This document shows, in pieces, positions 1-13,606 of a DNA stretch of 64,000 bases. Origin of the DNA: Octopus sinensis. Taxonomy: Eukaryota. The stretch covers positions 41,168,001 through 41,232,000 of the forward strand of contig NC_043002.1 in the NCBI RefSeq assembly GCF_006345805.1. The letters run 5' to 3'. A program made the position numbers and the translations under genes. Every line of letters starts with the position of its first letter. Within the stretch, counting starts at the first letter, position 1. Below the pieces are notes generated by a model that made no database searches, was not told the DNA's origin, and worked only from the letters and a program-made list of their open reading frames with translations.

Positions 1-386
1 ACCAAGTACCCATCCCTTAGTCGTATCTATGGCTTAAACTGGATTTGGTACTTGCATTTCCACTATTTGGATTTAGTATCTACATATCGCTCCCAACCAT
101 TACTGGCGTCCTACAAGTTGATGTGCCTTGATTCTTATCAATCCATATAATAAAATTATATACATATGTATGTATTATGTGTGTGTGCGTGCATGCACAT
201 ACACACATATATACATTGCCGTATTTGATGGAATACAGAACGCACTATTTGTTTTATGTCTTAAAACATCACCCCGGATCCTATATGCAAAGCTAGACCT
301 ATAGTACATGTGTTAATGCACTAAAAGCATTTTCTCTGAATATTCGCTGCCAAAATTGGACTGCGTTTTTTATGCCATCAAATACG

Positions 387-427
<41 letters not shown>

Positions 428-1242
428 TGTGCGTGTTTGTTTACATATATACATCTGAGCCAATGTGATAACCTCTACAGCCGGGGTTCTCACCCATTTT
501 TTTATCTGTAGACCCTTTTGGTTACTATTTTATTCTGCGAGACCTTCCTACACATCCGATGTTTAAAAGCTAGTTTTATAGAAACTTCATTCAAAATTCC
601 TATTTCTTTTTTTTTTCTTTTTTTACACATTAGCCTGTTTAAGTTGAGCTGTGTAAACGTTAGGGAAAGACACCTAGCTGTCTCTTGCAATACATACCAA
701 TACATACATCCCAAGCAAAGTTTTTTCAAGGGCTCTTAGGATACTATTGTGGACGCCCAGTTTACTGTTCTGTTGCATGGGACCCCACAAACATTTTATA
801 TGGACTTTCAGGGGCCATATGAACCCCAGTTGAGAACCACTGCTCTACATGGTTGCTCTACATGGTTGCATACGAATCACAACCTACCATTTTAAAAAGA
901 TGGAATTACATGCTACAGTGTAATTGTAGATGTAGAAAAGAAGGAATGGTATCATCAGCCGGGACGCACAACAAAATGTTCTCGACTATCAGAACGAGTG
1001 GAGTATTTCGTTTATATAAAACTAAACTGATTGTCAACAAAGGAAACCAGAACATAGTGAAAGATGTTTGCTTTCTTTACACAAACATAACAACAACAAA
1101 AAGCTCGATTAATTGCCATACAGATTTCGAACAAAATTGTAGCATGAAAAAAGACACCACTGATTTTTCCATGGTTTAAAAAACCCTTTGGTATGTCAAT
1201 CATTTTCGTGCATTCATCCATTCATTTGTTCATCTTCTCCAC

Positions 1243-1790
1243 CTAATAGTCTTGGGAAGGTCGCAGAGATAGAGTCCTCAGACACCTTCTCCATAGGGTC
1301 CTATCAGAAGCGAACTTCATTAGACTTTCAAACTGGGTTCCTAGGCATGAACAACTGCAACTATGGATATCATCCAACCATTTTATTCTTGATATACGCC
1401 TAGGTTTCCTGCTGGTTGTCTTGGCTTGAAGAATCCGTCTTGTGAATTCTTTCTTGTAACATTTAACCATGTATCCACAGTACTTGAGCTGTGACCTATC
1501 AACGCCGAGAAGCAGCGACCTAAACTGGCGAGACTCCATGATATCTGAGTTATGTATCCTGTTGAGTAACATTACTCCACGGATTCTTCAGAGAAACTCC
1601 ATTTCAGTTGCTTGTATTTGTGATCTTACTCTTTCAGTCATTAACCAACATCCATAACCATAGATGAATGAGGATAGACACTTAAAACCGAGATGAAGAG
1701 AACGAGTTCATTTTTAACAATCTCTTCTCTTGCTTGTGTTCGTGTAAATGGTGCTTAGTCGAAACCTTCCATTTTCATAAAACAAAATTT
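1243..1790 (-). mobile_element. Degenerate RTE-type LINE 3' coding remnant
   Basis: ORF 1243..1572 (QLKYCGYMVK...RRILQAKTTSRKPRRISRIKWLDDI...DRTLWR) resembles the RTE C-terminal pattern 'L.W.GH....RRIL.G...GKR.RGRP..RW.D....DR..WR'; upstream frames contain stops. Confidence 0.6.
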
Positions 1791-2239
1791 ATTTTAACAT
1801 TGTTTAAAAGCAGAGTTCTCAAAACTGTGTTGTGACACTTGTCATGTGTCATCAACAATCTTTAAGTTTGTCGCGAAATTAAAGAATATTTAATTAATTT
1901 TCAAGACTATGCTGTTGAGATCTGACATGATATGTGACATGTGATGCAATATTTGCAGCATTTAATGGTTTAAAAAAACACGGGTATGTTAATCGCATGA
2001 TAATTATTTTTAAAGGCGTGGATAATTTATGGTTCTTATGTATTTTTAGTATGGCCGTCGGAATAATGCTTCCTGCGTATATCATTGTAATTAGTCTTAG
2101 CGACAATCACGTCTCATGAGGAAGTAGTGTCTTACAAAGACTTTTGGGTAGCTACTGCAGTTCGGGAGTTACAGGCAGCTATTCGATAAGATAATGTGTT
2201 AGTGGTAGACATACTCGTCTACGAGTTGACAACCACCAT

Positions 2240-2248
2240 TTATGTATG

Positions 2249-2279
<31 letters not shown>

Positions 2280-2857
2280 GTATGTATGTATGTATGTATG
2301 TATGTATGTATGTATGTATGTATGTATGTATGTATGTATGTATGTATGTAGTCATGTATGTATGTATATATGCATGCATGTATATATGTAAACTTACAGA
2401 AAGTACAAAGACATAGAAAATTAAGGGGAGACATTATGACGTTACAGGCCCGACAGCTGTTTCTGGGGGATTGGAATTACTTCATAATGTTAGTAGATAT
2501 AGTTCGCAAAACGTCAAGGAAATGTAATCAGTAGTGAAAGCACATAAACACTATGTATGTATGTATGTATGTATGTATGTATGTATTAAGTATGTATGTA
2601 TGTATGTATGTATGTATGTATGTATGTATGTATGTATGTATGTATGTATGTATGTAGGCATGTATGTATGTATATATGCATGCATGTATATATGTAAACT
2701 TACAGAAAGTACAAAGACATAGAAAATTAAGGGGAGACATTATGACGTTACAGGCCCGACAGCTGTTTCTGGGGGATTGGAATTACTTCATAATGTTAGT
2801 AGATATAGTTCGCAAAACGTCAAGGAAATGTAATCAGTAGTGAAAGCACATAAACAC

Positions 2858-2885
<28 letters not shown>
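2240..2885 (+). repeat. 306-bp tandem duplication bounded by (TATG)n
   Basis: TATGTAAACTTACAGAAAG...GCACATAAACAC occurs at 2385 and 2691; the unique parts appear identical. Confidence 0.9.
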
Positions 2886-2888
<3 letters not shown>

Positions 2889-3074
2889 TGTGTCGATGTA
2901 TAACTACAAGATATTTCGAAAAATAATTCGATTAGTCCTCACGACCGCATCGTTCAAAATGTGGGAACACATGAAGTTCTAAACATATGTCATTACCTAT
3001 ACACCGCCCTACACAAGTATCATGTCGCGTGTGTGTTTGTAAGTATGTATTTACATATAAAAACACGCGCGCGT

Positions 3075-3930
<856 letters not shown>

Positions 3931-4301
3931 TATACACACATTTACAGAACTTCAGAATATATATATAAGGTGTTGAAATGCATTCGTAAGGCACATATTG
4001 GCATCTCTTGTAATGTTCATTTTCCTTAAATAAAAGTTGTTTAAAAATAACCCGAAAACCCCACTTGCTTCTTACTTCTTATATGGAGTTTAAAACTAGC
4101 TCATTTACACTAATCTATAGAGAGAAAGTTACCTATATCTTTATGTTATATATATATTATCACCTAACTCTTACCCGTTAGTTGTGTTTTAAATAGGCAT
4201 GACTCCTTGAACAACTACTCATTTAAAATTAGTAAGAACACAATACCTATGTAATTCTTAAGTACACCTTTTTCTTTATTAAGTTCTTAATTTTTTTCTT
4301 A

Positions 4302-4386
4302 TTGTGCTACTGATGAGTACTCTTTGACAATTCTGATTCTTAAAATGAATTTATTGTCTTTCTGTACGAAACGATCGTCGAGCGAA
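4302..4386 (+). ncRNA. Minimal type I hammerhead ribozyme motif (family 1)
   Basis: CTGATGA 4310-4316; stem II GTAC/GTAC (4317-4320/4364-4367) extended by GACAAT/ATTGTC; GAAA 4368-4371; stem III AC-GATC-GT; GUC site at 4379; weak stem I (TGCT/AGCG, with an A.G mismatch next to the core). Confidence 0.65.
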
Positions 4387-4569
4387 CTGAATAAATATTT
4401 TATCCCATATTAACATCAAATCTCCTCCATTTATGAAAGATATGATTGAATTTGTCGAACTTCGTTCTATAACTTAAAATCATATACTTAATATATTTAT
4501 ATAACGTTTCTTATATATGTATGTGTGTGTGCGTATGTTTGTGTGTGTGTATGTGTGTGTGTGTGAGTA

Positions 4570-4620
<51 letters not shown>

Positions 4621-5503
4621 TCAAATTCAAAATGGCTGACGACTAGCATCATGTATTTTCACGTCATCAGTAGCAAATAACTGCTAGCAGCCACATGCTT
4701 AGACGAATTTAGCTTCTACTGATATGGAAAAAAAATCAGTGATTAACAAATCACTGACGTAGCAAATAGCTGGTAGGCTGGGTAAAGCTTCGTTTTAAGC
4801 GACAGCATCAGTATTATTTCAAAATGTTATTCTATGTGTCATATTTAATGTGGATATACTGCATAGGTCTCAAGCAGGAGTGAAACCACATTTATGTTAT
4901 TCAACCATCACGCGATAGCATTGCTTGCAATCGAGTTGCAACTGTCATGTATGTATGTATGTATGTATGTATGTATGTATGTATGTATGTATGTATGTAT
5001 GTATGCGTGTATGTATGTATGTATGTATGTATGTATGTATGTATGTATGTATGCATGCATATGTGTGTATGAGTGTGAGCGAGTTTTGAGTGGGTGTCCG
5101 TATGTGTGTACGTGTATTATAACTATATTCATATGAATGTATGCAAATATATATATATGTATATAATATGCGTACATACATACGTATTAATGCATTTATA
5201 TGTAGCTGTATCTATGTGTATGCGTGTGTAGGTGTGTGTGCGCGTGTACACTTGCATACAGATATTTATCCGTGTGTACTTATAAGAGATATAATAAGAG
5301 ATAAGCAGATATTCAAAGTATAATCCTTGTTGAAAAAGTAGGCCTCAGAGATTTCATCTGTTTAATTGAAGTGCTATTAATGTATTGAGTACAAGATTAT
5401 TTTTATGTCTATAGTTAGAAATACATACGTACGTAGTGCATACATGCATACCTACATACATACGTATGTACGTGTGCGTGTGTGTGTATGTGCGTAGGGG
5501 GGC

Positions 5504-5563
<60 letters not shown>

Positions 5564-5894
5564 ATGTACATTTTATATACATCAGAACGCAGATCTGCTG
5601 CTTCTCAGTTCAAAAATTTGAGCAAAATCGACTCCAACACCGGGACCGACTTCGTACAAGCATGAAGGTGTGCTGGCAAAACGCCGCTCCTCCAAATGGA
5701 AACCTTACCTGTCATTATGGTTTTGTGGCACGAAGCAAAACAGACCTTGCCGTTCACTCAAGGAAACAGGTAGTAAATGATCCACAAGCACTCGAGCAAA
5801 CTGTGTCTTCAACCCGTTCAATTTGCCAAAAGTATGATTACTGCCTTATGTTACTGAACTTTCATTTGTCGTTCACGACGAGAGAATCCATATA

Positions 5895-6225
5895 CTGAGC
5901 TGAGACCCCCTTCGCTCATGACAGACCATGTGATTGCACCTAGAAAGTTACCTCACCCCTCCCCCCGGCACAAGTCCGGGCAAGGTTGTTTATGCATACC
6001 GGACTCTCCGCCCATGCATACCGGACTCCCCTCTCCACGCCACCAGTGTTATCCAAGGGAAAGGAAAGGGCCGATACAGCTTGGCACCTCATTTCTACAG
6101 CTGAGTGAACTAGGGCAAAGTGAAATAAAGTGTCTTGCTCAAGAACATAACATGCAGCCGGTCCGGGATTCGAACTCACAACCTCACGACCGTAAGCTCG
6201 ACGCTCTAACCACTGAGCCATATGC
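5895..6225 (-). mobile_element. tRNA-derived SINE (family A)
   Basis: Minus strand TGGCTCAGTGGTTAGAGCG (A box) ... GAGTTCGAATCCC (B box), then CTTGAGCAAGACACTTTA core; second copy at 21655-21990. Confidence 0.8.
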
Positions 6226-6262
<37 letters not shown>

Positions 6263-6554
6263 ATATATAGTTATCCGTAATAATGAAGGGTGAAATTATT
6301 AATTTGGAAAAATATCAATTACACCAAGTAGTCTTCGGCATGTAAAAGCCTCATTCGAGGAAAATTTAAGTAATACTAAGCAATAAGGGTTTAGCAACGA
6401 GTTGCCTTACCACATACCGAATTTAGAAATAGCAGTCAAAGGGTTATAGCTATTTCTTCTACTAAAAAGGGAGATCTCAGTAAAACACATTGGAAGGCAC
6501 AAACAGGTAAGAGAGAATGAATTGACCGCAATCTATCATACATTTTTTTAGTTA

Positions 6555-6668
6555 TCCACGGACGTACGTTTCGAAATCAAGTTTTAAGGAAAGCATACGA
6601 ATTAAATATTAAATATTAAATAATAAATAATTCTATCTTACCGAAACTTCTTTTCTCTTCAGCGTAGA
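6555..6668 (-). ncRNA. Type I hammerhead ribozyme, inverted array copy
   Basis: Reverse complement of the array motif: TCCACG GA CGTACG TTTC ... TCTTCAG CGTAGA. Confidence 0.8.
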
Positions 6669-7505
6669 ATACTATAATCATAAATGATTATATATTGAAT
6701 TTTGAGATACCAGAAGGCACCAACTCCACTCAGTATCAGAGCGAGCTAGAACCCGCAACTGGTATCACCGAATTCAATTTGTGAATGAAACGATTGCGCC
6801 AACAGCCCCTTCCCACCCGCGTGTAGCCAAAACAAGATGCTGTGGTCATCTACTGAGATAAAATATGGTTATCCGTAATAATGAAGGGTGAAATTAATTA
6901 ATTTGGAAAAATTATCAATTACACCAAGTAGTCTTCGGCATGTAAAAGCCTCATTCGAGGAAAATTTAAGTAATACTAAGCAATAAGGGTTTAGCAACGA
7001 GTTGCCTTACCACATACCGAATTAGAAATAGCAGTCAAAGGGTTATAGCTATTTCTTCTACTAAAAAGGGAGATCTCTCCAAATGCTGTTTTTACTGAGA
7101 TCTCCCTTTTTAGTAGAAGAAATAGCTATAACCCTTTGACTGCTATTTCTAAATTCGGTATGTGGTAAGGCAACTCGTTGCTAAACCCTTATTGCTTAGT
7201 ATTACTTAAATTTTCCTCGAATGAGGCTTTTACATGCCGAAGACTACTTGGTGTAATTGATAATTTTTCCAAATTAATTAATTTCACCCTTCATTATTAC
7301 GGATAACCATATTTTATCTCAGTAGATGACCACAGCATCTTGTTTTGGCTACACGCGGGTGGGAAGGGGCTGTTGGCGCAATCGTTTCATTCACAAATTG
7401 AATTCGGTGATACCAGTTGCGGGTTCTAGCTCGCTCTGATACTGAGTGGGTGGTGGTGCCTTCTGGTATCTCAAAATTCAATATAATCATTTATGATTAT
7501 AGTAT

Positions 7506-7617
7506 TCTACGCTGAAGAGAAAAGAAGTTTCGGCAAGATAGAATTATTTATATTAATATTTAATATTTAATTCGTATGCTTTCCTTAAAACTTGATTTCG
7601 AAACGTACGTCCGTGGA
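7506..7617 (+). ncRNA. Type I hammerhead ribozyme, array unit 1
   Basis: Stem I TCTACG/CGTGGA; core CTGAAGA 7512-7518; 81-nt stem II (GAAA/TTTC, AG/GA internal loop, AAGTTT/AAACTT, GAATTA/TAATTC); GAAA 7600-7603; stem III AC-GTAC-GT; GUC site at 7611. Confidence 0.85.
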
Positions 7618-8104
7618 TAACTAAAAAAATGTATGATAGATTGCGGTCAATTCATTCTCTCTTACCTGTTTGTGCCTTCCAAATGCTGTTTTTACTGAGA
7701 TCTCCTTTTTAGTAGAGAGAAATAGCTATAACCCTTTGACTGCTATTCTAAATTCGGTATGTGGTAAGGCAACTCGTTGCTAAACCCTTATTGCTTAGTA
7801 TTACTTAAATTTTCCTCGAATGAGGCTTTTACATGCCGAAGACTACTTGGTGTAATTGATAATTTTTCCAAATTAATTAATTTCACCCTTCATTATTACG
7901 GATAACCATATTTTATCTCAGTAGATGACCACAGCATCTTTGTTTGGCTACACGCGGGTGGGAAGGGGCTGTTGGCGCAATCGTTTCATTCACAAATGAA
8001 TTCGGTGATACCAGTTGCGGGTTCTAGCTCGCTCTGATACTGAGTGGAGTTGGTGCCTTCTGGTATCTCAAAATTCAATATATAATCATTTATGATTATA
8101 GTAT

Positions 8105-8216
8105 TCTACGCTGAAGAGAAAAGAAGTTTCGGTAAGATAGAATTATTTATTATTTAATATTAAATTTTAATTCGTATGCTTTCTTAAAACTTGATTTCGA
8201 AACGTACGTCCGTGGA
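8105..8216 (+). ncRNA. Type I hammerhead ribozyme, array unit 2
   Basis: Same motif; core at 8111, site at 8210. Confidence 0.85.
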
Positions 8217-8701
8217 TAACTAAAAAAATGTATGATAGATTGCGGTCAATTCATTCTCTCTTACCTGTTTGTGCCTTCCAAATGCTGTTTTTACTGAGAT
8301 CTCCCTTTTTAGTAGAAGAAATAGCTATAACCCTTTGACTGCTATTTCTAAATTCGGTATGTGGTAGGCAAATCGTTGCTAAACCTTATTGCTTAGTATT
8401 ACTTAAATTTTCCTCGAATGAGGCTTTTACATGCCGAAGACTACTTGGTGTAATTGATAATTTTTCCAAATTAATTAATTTCAACCTTCATTATTACGGA
8501 TAACCATATTTTATCTCAGTAGATGACCACGGCATCTTGTTTTGGCTACACGCGGGTGGGAAGGGGCTGTTGCGCAATCGTTTCATTCACAAATTGAATT
8601 CGGTGATACCAGTTGCGGGTTCTAGCTCGCTCTGATATGAGTGGAGTTGGTGCCTTCTGGTATCTCAAAATTCAATATATAATCATTTATGATTATAGTA
8701 T

Positions 8702-8817
8702 TCTACGCTGATGAAGAGAAAAGAAGTTTCGGTAAGATAGAATTATTATTATTTAATATTTAATATTTAATTCGTATGCTTTCCTTAAAACTTGATTTCG
8801 AAACGTACGTCCGTGGA
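8702..8817 (+). ncRNA. Type I hammerhead ribozyme, array unit 3 (variant CTGATGAAGAG)
   Basis: 3-nt insertion gives core CTGATGA at 8708; site at 8811. Confidence 0.75.
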
Positions 8818-9304
8818 TACTAAAAAAATGTATGATAGATTGCGGTCAATTCATTCTCTCTTACCTGTTTGTGCCTTCCAAATGCTGTTTTTACTGAGAT
8901 CTCCCTTTTTAGTAGAAGAAATAGCTATAACCCTTTGACTGCTATTTCTAAATTCGGTATGTGGTAAGGCAACTCGTTGCTAAACCTTATTGCTTAGTAT
9001 TACTTAAATTTTCCTCGAATGAGGCTTTTACATGCCGAAGACTACTTGGTTGTAATTGATAATTTTTCCAAATTAATTAATTTCACCCTTCATTATTACG
9101 GATAACCATATTTTATCTCAGTAGATGACCACAGCATCTTGTTTTGGCTACACGCGGGTGGGAAGGGGCTGTTGGCGCAATCGTTTCATTCACAAATTGA
9201 ATTCGGTGATACCAGTTGAGGGTTCTAGCTCGCTCTGATAATGAGTGGAGTTGGTGCCTTCTGGTATCTCAAAATTCAATATATAATCATTATGATTATA
9301 GTAT

Positions 9305-9417
9305 TCTACGCTGAAGAGAAAAGAAGTTTCGGTAAGATAGAATTATTTATTATTTAATATTTAATATTTAATTCGTATGCTTTCCTTAAAACTTGATTTC
9401 GAAACGTACTCCGTGGA
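9305..9417 (+). ncRNA. Hammerhead motif, array unit 4 (stem III 1-nt deletion)
   Basis: GAAACGTACTCCGTGG lacks the G of GUC; may be a sequencing error. Confidence 0.65.
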
Positions 9418-9904
9418 TAACTAAAAAAAGTATGATAGATTGCGGTCAATTCATTCTCTCTTACTGTTTGTGCCTTCCAAATGCTTTGTTTTACTGAGAT
9501 CTCCCTTTTTAGTAGAAGAAATAGCTATAAACCTTTGACTGCTATTTCTAAATTCGGTATGTGGTAAGGCAACTCGTTGCTAAACCCTTATTGCTTAGTA
9601 TTACTTAAATTTTCCTCGAATGAGGCTTTTACATGCCGAAGACTACTTGGTTGTATTGATAATTTTTCCAAATTAATTAAGTTCACCCTTCATTATTACG
9701 GATAACCATATTTTATCTCAGTAGATGACCACAGCATCTTGTTTTGGCTACACGCGGGTGGGAAGGGGCTGTTGGCGCAATCGTTTCATTCACAAATTGA
9801 ATTCGGTGATACCAGTTGCGGGTTCTAGCTCGCTCTGATACTGAGTGAGTTGGTGCCTTCTGGTATCTCAAAATTCAATATTATAATCATTATGATTATA
9901 GTAT

Positions 9905-10016
9905 TCTACGCTGAAGAGAAAAGAAGTTTCGGTAAGATAGAATTATTTATTATTTAATATTTAATATTTAATTCGTATGCTTTCCTTAAAACTTGATTTC
10001 GAAATACGTCCGTGGA
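9905..10016 (+). ncRNA. Hammerhead motif, array unit 5 (stem III 2-nt deletion)
   Basis: GAAATACGTCCGTGG lacks CG; may be a sequencing error. Confidence 0.65.
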
Positions 10017-10503
10017 TAACTAAAAAAATGTATGATAGATGTGCGGTCAATTCATTCTCTCTTACCTGTTTGTGCCTCCAAATGCTGTTTTTACTGAGAT
10101 CTCCTTTTTAGTAGAAGAAATAGCTATAACCCTTTGACTGCTATTTCTAAATTCGGTATGTGGTAAGGCAACTCGTTGCTAAACCTTATTGCTTAGTATT
10201 ACTTAAATTTTCCTCGAATGAGGCTTTTACATGCCGAAGACTACTTGGTGTAATTGATAATTTTTCCAATTAAATTAATTCACCCTTCTCATTATTACGG
10301 ATAACCATATTTTATCTCAGTAGATGACCACAGCATCTTGTTTTGGCTACACGCGGGTGGGAAGGGGCTGTTGGCGCAATCGTTTCATTCACAAATTGAA
10401 TTCGGTGATACCAGTTGCGGGTTCTAGCTCGCTCTGATACTGAGTGGAGTTGGTGCCTTCTGGTATCTCAAAATTCAATATATAATCATTATGATTATAG
10501 TAT

Positions 10504-10618
10504 TCTACGCTGAAGAGAAAAGAAGTTTCGGTAAGATAGAAATATATTTATTATTAATATTTAATATTTAATTCGTATGCTTTCCTTAAAACTTGATTTC
10601 GAAACGTACGTCCGTGGA
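10504..10618 (+). ncRNA. Type I hammerhead ribozyme, array unit 6
   Basis: Core at 10510, site at 10612. Confidence 0.85.
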
Positions 10619-11106
10619 TAACTAAAAAAAGTATGATAGATAGATTGCGGTCAATTCATTCTCTCTTACCTGTTTGTGCCTTCCAAATGCTGTTTTTACT
10701 GAGATCTCCCTTTTTAGTAGAAGAAATAGCTATAACCCTTTGACTGCTATTTCTAAATTCGGATGTGGTAAGGCAACTCGTTGTAAACCCTTATGCTTAG
10801 TATTACTTAAATTTTCCTCGAATGAGGCTTTTACATGCCGAAGACTACTTGGTGTAATTGATAATTTTTCCAAATTAATTAATTTCACCCTTCATTATTA
10901 CGGATAACCATATTTTATCTCAGTAGATGACCACAGCATCTTGTTTTGGCTACACGCGGGTGGGAAGGGGCTGTTGGCGCGCAATCGTTTCATTCACAAA
11001 TTGAATTCGGTGATACCAGTTGCGGGTTCTAGCTCGCTCTGATACTGAGTGGAGTGGTTGCCTTTGGTATCTCAAAATTCAGATATAATCATTTATGATA
11101 TAGTAT

Positions 11107-11220
11107 TCTACGCTGAAGAGAAAAGAAGTTTCGGTAAGATAGAATTATTTATTATTTAATATTTAATATTTAATTCGTATGCTTTCCTTAAAACTTGATT
11201 TCGAAACGTACGTCCGTGGA
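11107..11220 (+). ncRNA. Type I hammerhead ribozyme, array unit 7
   Basis: Core at 11113, site at 11214. Confidence 0.85.
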
Positions 11221-11705
11221 TAACTAAAAAAATGTATGATAGATTGCGGTCAATTCATTCTCTCTTACCTGTTTGTGCCTTCCAAATGCTGTTTTTAATG
11301 AGATCTCCCTTTTAGTAGAAGAAATAGCTATAACCCTTTGACTGCTATTTCTAAATTCGGTATGTGGTAAGGCAACTCGTTGCTAAACCCTTATGCTTAG
11401 TATTACTTAAATTTTCCTCGAATGAGGCTTTTACATGCCGAAGACTACTTGGTGTAATTGATAATTTTTCCAAATTAATTAATTTCACCCTTCATTATTA
11501 CGGATAACCATATTTTATCTCAGTAGATGACCACGGCATCTTGTTTTGGCTACACGCGGGTGGGAAGGGGGTTGGCGCAATCGTTTCATTCACAAATTGA
11601 ATTCGGTGATACCAGTTGCGGGTTCTAGCTCGCTCTGATACTGAGTGGAGTTGGTGCCTTCTGGTATCTCAAAATTCAATATATAATCATTTATGATTAT
11701 AGTAT

Positions 11706-11817
11706 TCTACGCTGAAGAGAAAAGAAGTTTCGGTAAGATAGAATTATTTATATTAATATTTAATATTTAATTCGTATGCTTTCCTTAAAACTTGATTTCG
11801 AAACGTACGTCCGTGGA
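11706..11817 (+). ncRNA. Type I hammerhead ribozyme, array unit 8
   Basis: Core at 11712, site at 11811. Confidence 0.85.
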
Positions 11818-12300
11818 TAACTAAAAAAATGTATGATAGATTGCGGTCAATTCATTCTCTCTTACCTGTTTGTGCCTTCCAAATGGTTTTTACTGAGATC
11901 TCCCTTTTTAGTAGAAGAAATAGCTATAACCCTGACTGCTATTTCTAAATTCGGTATGTGGTAAGGCAACTCGTTGCTAAACCTTATTGCTTAGTATTAC
12001 TTAAATTTTCCTCGAATGAGGCTTTTACATGCCGAAGACTACTTGGTGTAATTGATAATTTTTCCAAATTAATTAATTTCACCCTTCATTATTACGGATA
12101 ACCATATTTTATCTCAGTAGATGACCACAGCATCTTGTTTTGGCTACACGCGGGTGGGAAGGGGCTGTTGGCGCAATCGTTTCATTCACAAATTGAATTC
12201 GGTGATACCAGTTGCGGGTTCTAGCTCGCTCTGATACTGAGTGGAGTTGGTGCCTTTGGTATCTCAAAATTCAATATATAATCATTTATGATTATAGTAT

Positions 12301-12413
12301 TCTACGCTGAAGAGAAAAGAAGTTTCGGTAAGATAGAATTATTTATTATTTAATATTTAATATTAATTCGTATGCTTTCCTTAAAACTTGATTTCGAAAC
12401 GTACGTCCGTGGA
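12301..12413 (+). ncRNA. Type I hammerhead ribozyme, array unit 9
   Basis: Core at 12307, site at 12407. Confidence 0.85.
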
Positions 12414-12894
12414 TAAATAAAAAAATGTATGATAGATTGCGGTCAATTCATTCTCTCTTACCTGTTGTGCCTTCCAAATGGTTTTTACTGAGATCTCCCT
12501 TTTTAGTAGAAGAAATAGCTATAACCCTTGACTGCTATTTCTAAATTCGGTATGTGGTAAGGCAACTGTTGCTAAACCCTTATTGCTTAGTATACTTAAA
12601 TTTTCCTCGAATGAGGCTTTTACATGCCGAAGACTACTGGGTGTAATTGATATTTTTAATATTAATTAAGTTCACCCTTCATTATTACGGATAACCATAT
12701 TTTATCTCAGTAGATGACCACAGCATCTTGTTTGGGCTACACGCGGGTGGGAAGGGGCTGTTGGCGCAATCGTTTCATTCACAAATTGAATTCGGTGATA
12801 CCAGTTGCGGGTTCTAGCTCGCTCTGATACTGAGTGGAGTTGGTGCCTTCTGGTATCTCAAAATTCAATATATAATCATTTATGATTATAGTAT

Positions 12895-13007
12895 TCTACG
12901 CTGAAGAGAAAAGAAGTTTCGGTAAGATAGAATTATTTATTATTTAATATTTAATATTAATTCGTATGCTTTCCTTAAAACTTGATTTCGAAACGTACGT
13001 CCGTGGA
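12895..13007 (+). ncRNA. Type I hammerhead ribozyme, array unit 10
   Basis: Core at 12901, site at 13001. Confidence 0.85.
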
Positions 13008-13492
13008 TAACTAAAAAAATGTATGATAGATTGCGGTCCATTCATTCTCTCTTACCTGTTTGTGCCTTCCAAATGCTGTTTTTACTGAGATCTCCCTTTT
13101 TAGTAGAAGAAATAGCTATAACCCTTTGACTGCTATTTCTAAATTCGGTATGTGGTAAGGCAACTCGTTGCTAAACCCTTATTGCTTAGTATTACTTAAA
13201 TTTTCCTCGAATGAGGCTTTTACATGCCGAAGACTACTTGGTGTAATTGATAATTTTCCAAATTAATAATTTCACCTTCATTATTACGGATAACCATATT
13301 TTATCTCAGTAGATGACCACAGCATCTTGTTTTGGCTACACGCGGGTGGGAAGGGGCTGTTGGCGCAATCGTTTCATTCACAATTGAATTCGGTGATACC
13401 AGTTGCGGGTTCTAGCTCGCTCTGATACTGAGTGGAGTTGGTGCCTTCTGGTATCTCAAAATTCAATATATAATCATTTATGATTATAGTAT

Positions 13493-13606
13493 TCTACGCT
13501 GAAGAGAAAAGAAGTTTCGGTAAGATAGAATTATTTATTATTTAATATTTAATATTTAATCGTTATGCTTTCCTTAAAACTTGATTTCGAAACGTACGTC
13601 CGTGGA
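13493..13606 (+). ncRNA. Type I hammerhead ribozyme, array unit 11
   Basis: Core at 13499, site at 13600. Confidence 0.85.

Noticed and set aside
5482-5898. 138-aa ORF and a minus-strand CAG|GTAAGG donor-like site near 5705
   Set aside because: The ORF starts in a microsatellite, has no recognisable domain, and no convincing exon partner was found.
10674-10907. 77-aa ORF in one array unit
   Set aside because: Present in only one unit because of private indels; not conserved across copies.
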